Of a stretch of DNA of 50,603 bases, positions 37,535 through 47,500 are shown one piece after another. The translations under genes and the position numbers were made by a program. Below the pieces are notes generated by a model. It was given only the letters and a program-made list of their open reading frames with translations, made no database searches and was not told where the DNA came from. Numbering within the stretch: position 1 is the first letter of the stretch; each line of letters starts with the position of its first letter. Origin of the DNA: Planctomycetota bacterium (GTDB taxonomy: Bacteria; Planctomycetota; Phycisphaerae; Sedimentisphaerales; UBA12454); the NCBI GenBank assembly GCA_018828825.1, contig JAHJUV010000115.1:1-50603 (forward strand), in the 5' to 3' direction.

Positions 37535-37690
37535 CCCGCACCTTCCAAATATTCATCCCGCACCGGAGAACTATTGAATAAAAAAATGGTGCGGGATTCA
37601 ATAATTTTTTGTAGAGAACCATATATCCCATTAGAAAATAGGAATTTAATAAACTTAAAAGAAATCGAATAAAATGAAGGTGCGGGATTC
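37529..37690 (-). promoter_or_regulatory. Four copies of a GC-rich 10-14 nt motif (ATCCCGCACC core) in the galE leader and start region
   Basis: ATTCATCCCGCACC at 37529-37542 (contains the galE ATG on the minus strand) and at 37551-37564. Inverted copies GGTGCGGGATTCA at 37588-37600 and 37678-37690. Confidence 0.6.
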
Positions 37691-37691
37691 A

Positions 37692-38267
37692 TTATCTGCC
37701 GCCTTTTTTGCTGGTAAGTTTTTTATCGATTTTATCCAGGATAACAGTTTCGAGCCGAGGATCTCTGCCGATATCGAGCCATTCCATTTGTGCTTCCTGC
37801 TCTGGGTTAATAGCCAGGCTTTGTTCCGATTCCTCGCTACTGGAAAACATACTGTATGTACTTGCGGCACTGTCGATTCGTTTTTCAGGAATTGAAAGCC
37901 TTTCGAGGGTAACTTTACAGACAATGCAGACCTGTCCCTGATTTTCATTAAAACCAAGCTCAACTATTCGCTGAATGGTATGCAGGCTCGACATCGCCCG
38001 GTTATACCCGCCGACATTATCCTTCCGCCAGAGTTCAAAAAATTGACCCCCTATCAGCGGTTTGGTTGTGATTATGGAAAGTTTCGGGTCGGCCTTATTA
38101 ATAACAAAGTTCATACCGACAAGAACTTTTTCAGAGCCCCTCATAGCTGAATCAATATTAACGCCCGACAAACATTTCGGTTCAGACGGTATTTGTTGTT
38201 GTTTTGCACAGCCTGACAAAATCCCTGCTGCCAGAAGCATAAATACGGCAAGCCCTGACTTTTTCAT
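37692..38267 (-). CDS. Lipoprotein of unknown function
   Basis: Signal peptide with lipobox (LLAAGILSGC). Confidence 0.65.
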   Translation of the reverse strand: MKKSGLAVFMLLAAGILSGCAKQQQIPSEPKCLSGVNIDSAMRGSEKVLVGMNFVINKADPKLSIITTKPLIGGQFFELWRKDNVGGYNRAMSSLHTIQRIVELGFNENQGQVCIVCKVTLERLSIPEKRIDSAASTYSMFSSSEESEQSLAINPEQEAQMEWLDIGRDPRLETVILDKIDKKLTSKKGGR

Positions 38268-38378
38268 ATCAAAATCCCTTAAAAGAAGATTGCCGGATTA
38301 TATCCTCAAAATCCCTGTCTCTCAAGGGCGAAATTATTAACGGTTTCCAGTTATTACAGCCGAAAAAACAAACAGGCA

Positions 38379-39374
38379 ATGAAACACCTGCTCGAAATTA
38401 GGCAAAAAATCAATTGCTTATCGGACTATTATCGTAAAATGTCAACACAACTGCAAAATTTGAACGCCCGGCTGGAAACAGAATCGCTTGGCAAGATAGT
38501 TTTGGCCTTTCTGAACTATCTTACCGTAGAAGCGGGTCTGAGCGACAATACTATTCTCGGCTACGGCCGGGACTTGAAGGATTTTACCGCTTTTTGCCAT
38601 TCGAAAGATGCTAAACAGCCCCGTGAGATTACCACCGCTATTATTTTCGATTACGCAAAGAGTGTTGCCCGCCAAAACAAGGCTGAGGCTTCGATAAACC
38701 GTTCGGTAGTTGCGATTAAGATGTTCCTTCGTTTTTGCAGGATGATGGGGCATATCAAGGACGATTTAACGGTTTTCCTCGAAAGCCCAAAGCTCTGGCA
38801 GAAGCTGCCTGTCATCTGCAGCAAGGACCAGGTCGCTAAACTGATGGATGCCCCTGATGAGAAAGAACCTTATTATTTCAGGGACCGTGCCCTGCTCGAA
38901 TTGCTTTACGCTACCGGCACAAGGGCAAGCGAAGTAGCGGGACTTAAGATTAGCGATGTGAATCTTAAAATCGGTTATGTAAGATGTCTCGGTAAAGGCA
39001 AAAAAGAACGGATTGTTCCTCTTAACAGGTCTGCAGGTGCCGCTGTTGAACAATACATTGAACGGCTCAGGGGCAAACTTGCAAAATCATTCAGTAAGGA
39101 TTTTCTTTTCCTGTCGCGGACGGGCAAGGCCCTTGGCAGGATTGAAATCTGGCGGCTCGTAAAAAAATACGTCTGTCGGGCAGGATTATCGAGACAGATG
39201 ACGGCACATACGCTTCGGCACTGTTTTGCGACGCACCTTTTAAGCGGCGGAGCCGATTTGCGAAGCGTTCAGGAGATGCTCGGCCATGTCGATATTGCTA
39301 CAACCCAGATATATACCCACGTCGACCTGGAAAGATTAAGAAACATCCATAAAAAATATCATCCGAGGCCGTAA
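38379..39374 (+). CDS. xerD: Site-specific tyrosine recombinase XerD
   Basis: LELLYATGTRASEVAGL, CLGKGKKERIVPL, HTLRHCFATHLL, LGHVDIATTQIYTHV and a terminal HPRP. The start may be the internal MSTQLQ (38439). Confidence 0.8.
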   Translation: MKHLLEIRQKINCLSDYYRKMSTQLQNLNARLETESLGKIVLAFLNYLTVEAGLSDNTILGYGRDLKDFTAFCHSKDAKQPREITTAIIFDYAKSVARQNKAEASINRSVVAIKMFLRFCRMMGHIKDDLTVFLESPKLWQKLPVICSKDQVAKLMDAPDEKEPYYFRDRALLELLYATGTRASEVAGLKISDVNLKIGYVRCLGKGKKERIVPLNRSAGAAVEQYIERLRGKLAKSFSKDFLFLSRTGKALGRIEIWRLVKKYVCRAGLSRQMTAHTLRHCFATHLLSGGADLRSVQEMLGHVDIATTQIYTHVDLERLRNIHKKYHPRP

Positions 39375-39419
39375 ATGTTCACTGGTTCAGGGCCGGATTT
39401 CATAAAACAATCCTTCTTT

Positions 39420-42155
39420 TCAGGGAAGCTCCGCCAGCCAGCTTTTGCCGATTGTTATATCGACTTTTAAGGGTGTGTTTAGTTTTATCGCACCTGTCAT
39501 TTCCCTGCCGAAAATTTTCGCAAGACTTTCCGCCTCTTTGCCGGTCGTTTCAAAAACAAGTTCATCGTGAATCTGCAGAATCATCTTTGCGGGCAGTTTT
39601 TCTTTTTCGATTTTGTCCTGTATCCTTATCATTGCGATTTTTATCAAATCAGCGGCGGAGCCCTGGATAAGCGTATTTATTACAAGCCTTTCGGCCTGCG
39701 ACCTTACATTGCCGTTTCTGCTTTCAAGACCGCTGATTTTTCTTCGTCTGCCGCAGATAGTCTCGGCATAGCCGCTTCTTTTCGCTGTTTCTATGGCATC
39801 CGTTTTGAACTGCTGTATGGATTTATAGCGTGCGAAATAATCGTCGATAAACTTCTTGGCCTCGGCCATATTCATACCTGTTGTTTTGCCCAGCCCGAAA
39901 GCCCCCTGCCCGTATATCAGCCCGAAATTGACCGCCTTGCAGCGGGAACGCATATCGCTCGTTACATCTTTGATATCGACATTATATATCTGCGAAGCGA
40001 CAAAACTGTGAATGTCCCTGTCCTCCTGAAATGCTTTTATCATGGCCTTATCGCCTGAAAAATGCGCCAATACACGAAGCTCAATCTGCGAGTAGTCGAG
40101 ACTTACAATTTTATCACCCTTGTTTTCAGGCACAAATGCGGCCCTGATTTTTTTGCCTATTTCCGTTCTAATAGGAATATTCTGCAGATTCGGGTCGGAT
40201 GAACTCAGCCTGCCTGTCGCCGTTATCGTCTGGTTAAACGATGCGTGCACCCTGCCGGTTCGCCCGTTTATAAGGGCGCCGAGTTTATCGGTATAAGTAT
40301 TCTTGAGTTTACTTAATTGTCGATGCTGAAGTATCTGTTCAATGACTGGATGCTCGCCGGCCAGTTCTTCCAGAACGCCGGCGTCTGTACTGGGCCCTGT
40401 TTTGCCGCTGCGAACGGATTGCAAGCCTAACCTCTCGAAAAGCACCTCGGCAAGCTGTTTGGGCGAATCAACATTGAACTTACCGCCGGCAAGTTCGTAA
40501 ATTTTTTCTGTCGTCTCCTCAAGCTGATTATTTATTTCTATAGACAATTGCTTAAGAATAGGCACATCAAGCTTTACGCCGTTAAGCTCCATTTTGGTCA
40601 ATACCTCGACAAGAGGCATTTCCATTTCCTCGAAAAGCTGCTTTAATTTCGGCTCTTTTTCAAGTCTTTCGTTTAGGTATTGATAAAGCTGGAACGTCAT
40701 ATCTGCGTCTTCACTCGAATATTCGCAGGCCGTAGCGGTATCGACCATCTCGAAGCTCATCTGGTTTTTGCCTTTGCCTATCAGGTCTGAAATCGGAATG
40801 GACTGATAATTCAAAAAATCCATTGCCATATTATCGAGCGAATGACTTCTTTCAGCTTCAAGCACATAAGATGCTATCATTGTATCAAAAAAAAGACCTT
40901 TAACAGGCATCCCGCAGTTTGCCAGAACTATCATATCGTATTTTGCGTTCTGGAAGATTTTTTTGACCCTCTCATCGGCCAAAATCGAAGCTAATTTCTG
41001 CCGAACCGCCGACAATTCCAGATATTTCGCTCCCAGCGGCCCTTTCACAGCCAGGTAATACGCTTCGTGCGCCTGCCAGCAGAAACTCATTCCCACAAGT
41101 TCTGCCCGATGCGCCGAAATAGATGTTGTTTCTGTATCAACAGCGAAAAGTTTCTCCTTTTTAAGCTTATCAACAAAATCATCAAGCTTTGTCGGCGTGT
41201 CTATCAAATGATAATTATGTTTAACGGTTTTTATCGAATTTTGCCCTGCACCCAAAGCAAATTCTTCAATGGACTCATCTTTTGTTTCTTTATTTTCTAC
41301 TGGAGTCAATCCCGTTTGTGTCAACAACCGGCTGAAACCAAGTTCGCCGAATATAGCCGCCAGTTTCTCGTTATTGAATCCACTGACTGCAAAAGTCTTT
41401 TCATCAAGCTTTACAGGCATTTCGCAATTAATTGTGACAAGCTTTTTGCTCAGATACGCGATGTCTTTCGAGTTCCGCAGGTTATCGCCCCGCTTGCCTG
41501 TTATTTCATCTGCGTGCTTGTAAAGGTTATCGAGCGAACCGTATTTTTTTATCCATTCAAGTGCTGTCTTCGGTCCTACGTCCGGCACGCCCGGTACATT
41601 GTCTGCTGCATCGCCCTGAAGCGCAAGAATATCGATAAACTGCTCCGGCTCAAGGCCGGTATCTTTCTTAAACGATTTCGCATCCGTCACAGTACCTGTT
41701 TTGATATCGTATATACAAACGCCTTTATCGAGAAGCTGGAGCATATCCTTATCTTTAGAGCAGATATAGGCATCAACTCCTGCCTTTACCGCCTTTGCGG
41801 CGAGTGTGCCGATTATATCGTCGGCCTCGAATGTGCTTTTGCGTATAACCGGAACGTTCATCGCTTCGAGGATTTCCTCTATCCGATTTATCTGCACCGG
41901 CATCTCATCCGGCATCGGCGGTCTGTGTGCCTTGTATTCTTTGTAAAGTTCCCTCCGAAAACTGGGCTCTTTACTATCCATAGCGACAACGAGCATATCA
42001 GGCTTTTTAGTTTCGATAAGATTAAGAATCATCGTCGTAAATATATATGACGCTTTGGTAGGTTCCCCCGATGGGCTGGTAAGCGGCTTCATCGGTGCGT
42101 AAAACGCTGCGTAAATATGTGCATGCCCGTCAATTATATAGAGGCTTTTAGCCAT
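39420..42155 (-). CDS. polA: DNA polymerase I
   Basis: 5'-nuclease N-terminus (LYIIDGHAHIYAAFYA), 3'-5' exonuclease motif (FAVDTETTS), and polymerase motifs (DYSQIELRVLAH, QIHDELVFE). 911 aa. Confidence 0.95.
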   Translation of the reverse strand: MAKSLYIIDGHAHIYAAFYAPMKPLTSPSGEPTKASYIFTTMILNLIETKKPDMLVVAMDSKEPSFRRELYKEYKAHRPPMPDEMPVQINRIEEILEAMNVPVIRKSTFEADDIIGTLAAKAVKAGVDAYICSKDKDMLQLLDKGVCIYDIKTGTVTDAKSFKKDTGLEPEQFIDILALQGDAADNVPGVPDVGPKTALEWIKKYGSLDNLYKHADEITGKRGDNLRNSKDIAYLSKKLVTINCEMPVKLDEKTFAVSGFNNEKLAAIFGELGFSRLLTQTGLTPVENKETKDESIEEFALGAGQNSIKTVKHNYHLIDTPTKLDDFVDKLKKEKLFAVDTETTSISAHRAELVGMSFCWQAHEAYYLAVKGPLGAKYLELSAVRQKLASILADERVKKIFQNAKYDMIVLANCGMPVKGLFFDTMIASYVLEAERSHSLDNMAMDFLNYQSIPISDLIGKGKNQMSFEMVDTATACEYSSEDADMTFQLYQYLNERLEKEPKLKQLFEEMEMPLVEVLTKMELNGVKLDVPILKQLSIEINNQLEETTEKIYELAGGKFNVDSPKQLAEVLFERLGLQSVRSGKTGPSTDAGVLEELAGEHPVIEQILQHRQLSKLKNTYTDKLGALINGRTGRVHASFNQTITATGRLSSSDPNLQNIPIRTEIGKKIRAAFVPENKGDKIVSLDYSQIELRVLAHFSGDKAMIKAFQEDRDIHSFVASQIYNVDIKDVTSDMRSRCKAVNFGLIYGQGAFGLGKTTGMNMAEAKKFIDDYFARYKSIQQFKTDAIETAKRSGYAETICGRRRKISGLESRNGNVRSQAERLVINTLIQGSAADLIKIAMIRIQDKIEKEKLPAKMILQIHDELVFETTGKEAESLAKIFGREMTGAIKLNTPLKVDITIGKSWLAELP

Positions 42156-42235
42156 AACAGGCTAAATATACCCTGTTTAAGGATAGCTTCAAGAAAAAAG
42201 ACTTTGGATGGTTTATATCAGAGCAGGTGGCTATC

Positions 42236-42421
42236 TTACTTTTTATTTTCCCGCCTGAGCCAAAATGCCAATACAGCGGTAACTATACACGCCGCAGCAC
42301 TCATCCATAGTGGAACATCGAAAGTATTAACACTTACTTTCCATTGCAGTATCAGCCTTATCAAATGTGCTGCTGAAACAATTAACAGAAATATTACAGT
42401 GACAATAACAGATGGTTTCAT
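42236..42421 (-). CDS. Small two-helix membrane protein, unknown function
   Basis: 61 aa with two hydrophobic helices. A canonical AAGGAG lies 7 nt upstream of the ATG, unusual in this window. Confidence 0.5.
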   Translation of the reverse strand: MKPSVIVTVIFLLIVSAAHLIRLILQWKVSVNTFDVPLWMSAAACIVTAVLAFWLRRENKK

Positions 42422-42477
42422 AATTATTCTCCTTTCCCATCAGAAACAGCTATCGATTTTCAACATAAACTTTGCCA

Positions 42478-42604
42478 GCCTTTGACGCAAGCGTGCCGAT
42501 TATATCATAACAATCATCGATGAGCTGGTAAGCGGCTTCATCGGTGCGTAAAAAGCCGCGTAAATATGTGCATGCCCGTCAATTATATAGAGATTCTTTC
42601 CCAT
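42478..42604 (-). pseudogene. Degenerate duplicate of the polA 5' end
   Basis: 42518-42604 aligns with polA 42069-42155 (8 mismatches in 87 nt by eye) and would encode MGKNLYIIDGHAHIYAAFYAPMKPLTS. 42478-42506 aligns with polA 41791-41819 (25/29), implying an internal deletion of about 250 nt. Confidence 0.75.
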
Positions 42605-42674
42605 TCCCGATAACTGTATTTATTACACGATTACACGGTGCAATGTCAAGGCAATAAGCGTTAAGTAATGGGTT

Positions 42675-42773
42675 GGGAAAGGAACATCGTACCCCCCTGA
42701 TAAAGATTAGATGTATAACTTACCCGTAGTACAAACAGTTAAGATAAGGGTGTACGATGTATCATGTTTTCCC
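42675..42773. repeat. Long imperfect inverted repeat / hairpin
   Basis: GGGAAA (42675-80) pairs with TTTCCC (42768-73). ACATCGTAC (42684-92) pairs with GTACGATGT (42752-60). CCC pairs with GGG (42748-50). The loop is about 50 nt. Confidence 0.6.
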
Positions 42774-42813
42774 TCGAAAGAAGAACTGAATGATGAGAAT
42801 ATTTACTATCTAC

Positions 42814-42842
42814 TTGCCAAAACTCCTTTTTGGGCTTATAGT
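42814..42842 (+). promoter_or_regulatory. Sigma70-like promoter candidate for tgt
   Basis: TTGCCA, a 17-nt spacer, then TATAGT, about 60 nt upstream of the tgt start. The promoter consensus of this organism is unknown. Confidence 0.3.
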
Positions 42843-42896
42843 TACGGGGATAGGGGATAGATATAACAGAGCCTGGAGTGAGAACGACAGGGATAA

Positions 42897-44054
42897 TTGA
42901 AAAATATGAGTATTTTTGAAGTAATAAAAAAAGATACGAGCAGCGGTGCAAGGACCGGGGCGCTTAAGACTTTTCACGGCAAAATAAAAACGCCGGTGTT
43001 TATGCCTGTCGGTACAAGAGGAGCCGTTAAGGGCACAATGCCCAGGCAACTGGATGAGGCGGGTTCGCAGATAATCCTTGCCAATACGTTTCATCTAATG
43101 CTTCGGCCTGGCGTGGATGTGGTAGAAAAGCTCGGCGGACTCCATAATTTTATGGCATGGGACAAGCCGATATTGACCGACAGCGGAGGATTTCAGGTTT
43201 TCTCGTTAAGCTCAATCAACAGTATCGATAATGACGGCGTGGAATTTGCCAGCCCTTATGACGGGATGAAAATCAAGCTCGACGCCGCCAGTGTTACCAA
43301 AATTCAAAACAGGCTCGGAGCCGATATCATAATGTGTTTCGACCAGTGTCCCGCTTTTGACGCCAAACCTAAAGAACAGCACAAAGCTGTTGAGCGAACG
43401 ATTAGATGGGCGAGGATTTGCAAAGAGTCGCACTCCAATAATCATCAGCTGCTTTTCGGAATTGTGCAGGGCCAGATCGACAATAACCTTCGGCAAAGCT
43501 GTGCGGCAGAGCTTGTCAAAATGGATTTTCCCGGCTATGCAATCGGCGGCTTGAGCGTCGGCGAAGGAACCGAGCAAATGCTGAAAACTGTTCGTTTTAC
43601 CACCCCACTGCTGCCGGAAAACAAGCCTCGCTACCTTATGGGCGTCGGCACACCTGCGGATATTATCCAGGCTGTTGAGGCTGGGGTCGATATGTTCGAT
43701 TGCGTAATGCCGACTCGAAACGGCCGAAATGCACTGGCATTCACATCGCAAGGTCCTATAAGATTGCGGAATTCGGCCTATATAGACGACAAAGGCCCAG
43801 TGGACCCTGCCTGCGGGTGTTATTGCTGCAAAACCTTCAGCAGAGCGGCGATAAGGCACTTTTTTAACGTCGGAGAAATGCTCGGTCCAATACTCCTGTC
43901 ACTGCATAATATCGTTTTTTATCATAATTTAATGGACAAAATACGGGAAAATATAGAGAATGACACGTTTGCGAAATGGGCGGCACAGGCCTTGCAAAAC
44001 CCTGCTTTCGCCCGCGGCAGTAAGGTAAATGCCGACATAAAAAATATTGAATAG
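42897..44054 (+). CDS. tgt: tRNA-guanine transglycosylase (queuine tRNA-ribosyltransferase)
   Basis: ARTGALKTFHGKIKTPVFMPVGT, LTDSGGFQVFSL and zinc-site C.C.CC (CGCYCCKTFSRAAIRH). The start may be MSIFEV at 42906. Confidence 0.9.
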   Translation: MKNMSIFEVIKKDTSSGARTGALKTFHGKIKTPVFMPVGTRGAVKGTMPRQLDEAGSQIILANTFHLMLRPGVDVVEKLGGLHNFMAWDKPILTDSGGFQVFSLSSINSIDNDGVEFASPYDGMKIKLDAASVTKIQNRLGADIIMCFDQCPAFDAKPKEQHKAVERTIRWARICKESHSNNHQLLFGIVQGQIDNNLRQSCAAELVKMDFPGYAIGGLSVGEGTEQMLKTVRFTTPLLPENKPRYLMGVGTPADIIQAVEAGVDMFDCVMPTRNGRNALAFTSQGPIRLRNSAYIDDKGPVDPACGCYCCKTFSRAAIRHFFNVGEMLGPILLSLHNIVFYHNLMDKIRENIENDTFAKWAAQALQNPAFARGSKVNADIKNIE

Positions 44055-44068
44055 AGAAAGGAATAATT

Positions 44069-44476
44069 ATGGAATACGGATTAATTTTAGCACAAGCCGA
44101 TCAGAATACACAGGTTATCAAGGCTGAAGATATTTCAGGCAGCGCCGCCCCAGAGGCAATGACCAAACAGGCAGACCCGAATTCTGCCACTGTACCGGTC
44201 AGGAAAAACCCCAAAGCCCAGTGGACGCAAATAATTTTTATAGTTCTTCTTTTTGTGCTTATGTATTTTATGCTGTTCAGGGGTCCCAAAAAACGCCAGA
44301 AGCAGCAACAGCAGATGGTTCAATCACTTAAGAAAAACGACAGGGTGCAGACTGTCGGCGGAATCCTGGGTACGGTTCTCGAAGTAAATGAAAACGAAAT
44401 AACCATTAAAATCGACGAATCCAATAATACAAAAATAAAGGTGCTGCCTTCGTCAATCAGCAAAGTAATTGGATAG
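44069..44476 (+). CDS. yajC: Preprotein translocase subunit YajC
   Basis: Single TM helix followed by KKNDRVQTVGGILGTVLEVNENEITIKI. Lies immediately upstream of secDF. Confidence 0.8.
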   Translation: MEYGLILAQADQNTQVIKAEDISGSAAPEAMTKQADPNSATVPVRKNPKAQWTQIIFIVLLFVLMYFMLFRGPKKRQKQQQQMVQSLKKNDRVQTVGGILGTVLEVNENEITIKIDESNNTKIKVLPSSISKVIG

Positions 44477-44526
44477 TAATAAAAATTCTAAATTTCACTT
44501 AGACTAATTTTTTTCAGGAAACAATA

Positions 44527-47500
44527 ATGGACAGAAATGTTGTGCGTTTCGGACTCATAGGAGTAATTTTACTGGTAATTTTCGCGGTAGCGGAGCTTTA
44601 TCCGCTGGGTGAGACATTGAAACCCGGCATCGACCTTGCAGGCGGTACAAGCCTTATCTACGACATTGACACAACGGGGCTTAATGAAAACGAGATAGAC
44701 AACCTGGCCCAGAAACTCGTGCCGATTCTTATGAAGCGAATCGACCCCGGCAATATCCAGAACATCGTTATGCGTCCGCAGGGCGATACGCGAATCGAAA
44801 TCCAGGTTCCACTGTCAAGTGCCGAAACATACAGGAAACGGCAGGTTTACGATGATGCCCTTAACGCTTTGGTTAAAGACAATATTAATATAGCGACAAT
44901 CAAAAGAGCGCTGACCAAAGAGGCGAATGAGAGGACGGAACTGTTCGCGAAATTTGCCGGTGACAACGTCGAAAGAAAGGGAATTCTCGACAACCTCGTA
45001 TCGGCCTACGACACAAGAAAAACGGCCCAGCAGAAAAGGGACGATTACAAAGCTCAGCTCGACGCAATAGCGGAAAAACTCGACAAGGCCGGCGTAAATA
45101 AGGAAAAGCTTTCTATGCTCGCTCCCGGCTGGGACAGTATGGACCCTAACGAACAGGAACTCACAATCAATTCGATAATTTCAGAAGCCTCGTCAGGGCA
45201 GAACAAGGAAAACCGCCAGCAAATCGAAAAGTATCTGGCAACCTTTAAGCAGTGGGCCGAGGTTGTTAACGAGCTGACCAGGCCCGAAACGGGCCTCAAT
45301 GCAGTTTACAGAAATGCAGAGATAGCGCTTAAGGACTTCAATCTTAACATAGAAACGATAGTTGAAGTGCTTGAGATGCCCGAAAACTCCAGAAACCGGG
45401 CTGAATTTATCGCTCAGTTCAAAACCAGATTTCCTTCACGAACGGACAAAATAGATGTCTTGATAGCGGCGTTTAAAGAATATCGGCCGTTGAGAGGACG
45501 CATCGACGGGCCCCAAGACGTCAAAAGAATGCTCAAAGGTTCAGGCGTACTCGAATTCCGCATCCTGCCAATGCTTAACGACGGCAGGAGTAATCGAGAA
45601 GAATTAATTACCTATGCCGAGGCGCTAAAAACAAAAGGCCCCAAACTCGCCTCGGACTACAAATATATATGGCTCGAGATAGAGAATCCTAAAGACAGCA
45701 CATGGCAGACCAGCGAAAGTCATCAGATTCTCATAGGTATGTTCGCGGATAAATACTATGTCCTGGCGAGCAACCAAAAAGAAGAGTGCATGCTTAAAAA
45801 TTCGGGCAAAAAACCATGGAAACTGCAGAAAGCAGGCACTACTGCCGACCAGCTCGGCAAAAGAGCAATTAGTTTTTCTTTTGACGAAGTTGCGGCCTCA
45901 CTGTTTTACAACCTGACCAGGAATAATCTCGAAAGGCCTCTGTGTATAACACTTGACGGCTTTGCCGTATCTGCTCCGAATATCCGCAGCGCGATTCGTG
46001 CCAGCGGCATAATCGAAGGAAATTTCTCACAGATGGAACAAATGGATATGATTGACAAGCTCAATGCCGGTTCGCTGCCAGCCAGGCTGATTGAGCCGCC
46101 GGTGTCGGAAAAAACCATTGGGCCAAGCCTCGGCATCGATAACCGCAATATGGGAATCAAGGCGGGAATGATAGCGCTGGGCGTCGTTATGTGCTTTATG
46201 ATTATTTACTACCGGATTACCGGTATTATCGCGTGTATCGCGCTCAGCTTGAATATCCTTTTCATCCTGGCGATGATGGCCATTCTCCGCGCGACTTTTA
46301 CTATGGGCGGTATCGCGGGCATCGTGCTTACCATCGGTATGAGCGTTGACGCCAATATTCTAATTTATGAACGGCTCAGAGAAGAACTGGACGGCGGCGC
46401 AGGCATACACACTGCAATTGCCAATGGCTTCAAGAGAGCTTTTCTAACAATTTTCGATTCCAACGTGACGACGTTTATCCCAGCCCTGATTTTGTATATG
46501 ATTGCATCGGAAGAAATCAAAGGGTTTGCGATAACACTTATGCTCGGTATTATCTCTTCTCTGTTCACCGCGATTTTCGTAACCCGCATCATCTTCCATC
46601 TCCTGCTTAACTGGGGAATCATCCGCGACAAGTTGACGATGATGCGAATAATCAGGACTCCAAATATTAACTGGATGGGACAGAGGCCTGCTTTTCTGTT
46701 GATATCCGTGCTACTGCTGGCCGCGGGAATATTCGTCTTTTACAACAGAGATGAAAGTACCAACAGCAAATACGACATCGAATTTACGGGCGGCACAAGC
46801 CTGCAAATTAATCTGAAAGACAGCAGTCCGCTTGAAAGAGGCGAGATTGAAAACATCATACGCCAGCAAGGCAAAAAGCTTAACAACCCTGCCATAGCCG
46901 CGGCGAAAGTTTACCGAGTAGGCGATAAGGAGTCCAAATTACAGTATGAAATTACTACGATAGAAACGAATAAAACCACGGTTCCCGTAGTTTTCAACGC
47001 CGGTCAGAACCAGACTGTTCAGGGCGTAACTGATGCGATTAACAAAGAACAAAAAACAATGCGGGGCAGACTCACCAACCTGGTTATAACGCAGGATTCC
47101 GCTGACCCGCAGAAGTTCATTATTACGACCAACCAGACAAACACACCGATTGTCAGCCGAATTTTGAATAAAACCTTCGGCGAAACCGCGGTCATAGGCG
47201 AACCGGTTGTCGATGAAACAGTTACCAACGCTGTAAAAGACGCTTTTGCCGGCAAACTGGAAATGCTCGAAAATCTTCAGCCCCAAATCGTTTCAACTCA
47301 GAAGGTTGACAATACTATGGTGGATACTTACCCGGAATTGGGCGAGTTTCTCGGCGGAATCAAAATCGAATTTACCGTACAAAAAGCCGTTACCACAAAC
47401 CAGATGAAGCAGAGATTTAATGATATACGGTTCAAGCCGGATATGCAGAATCTTTCGTGGTACCAGTATCGGCTGACCAGTCCCAAACTGGAGACCGCAG

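Noticed and set aside
35839-37672. Long plus-strand ORFs (291 aa and 277 aa) opposite the hexokinase and galE genes. Similar cases lie opposite polA (41067-42050) and the KamA-like gene (2149-2703).
   Set aside because: The opposite strand encodes proteins with unambiguous family motifs. The antisense translations are rich in R/F/I/L/C and carry no motifs.
38379-39374. The tyrosine recombinase as the integrase of a mobile element responsible for the polA 5' duplication.
   Set aside because: The protein has the full canonical XerD layout, including the terminal HPR motif, and housekeeping neighbours. It lies on the far (3') side of polA, about 3 kb from the duplication.
42605-42896. A preQ1 or other queuosine-related riboswitch upstream of tgt.
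   Set aside because: I could not find the short conserved preQ1-I or preQ1-II sequence features by eye. Also, tgt is not a typical riboswitch-controlled gene. Only the generic hairpin is reported.
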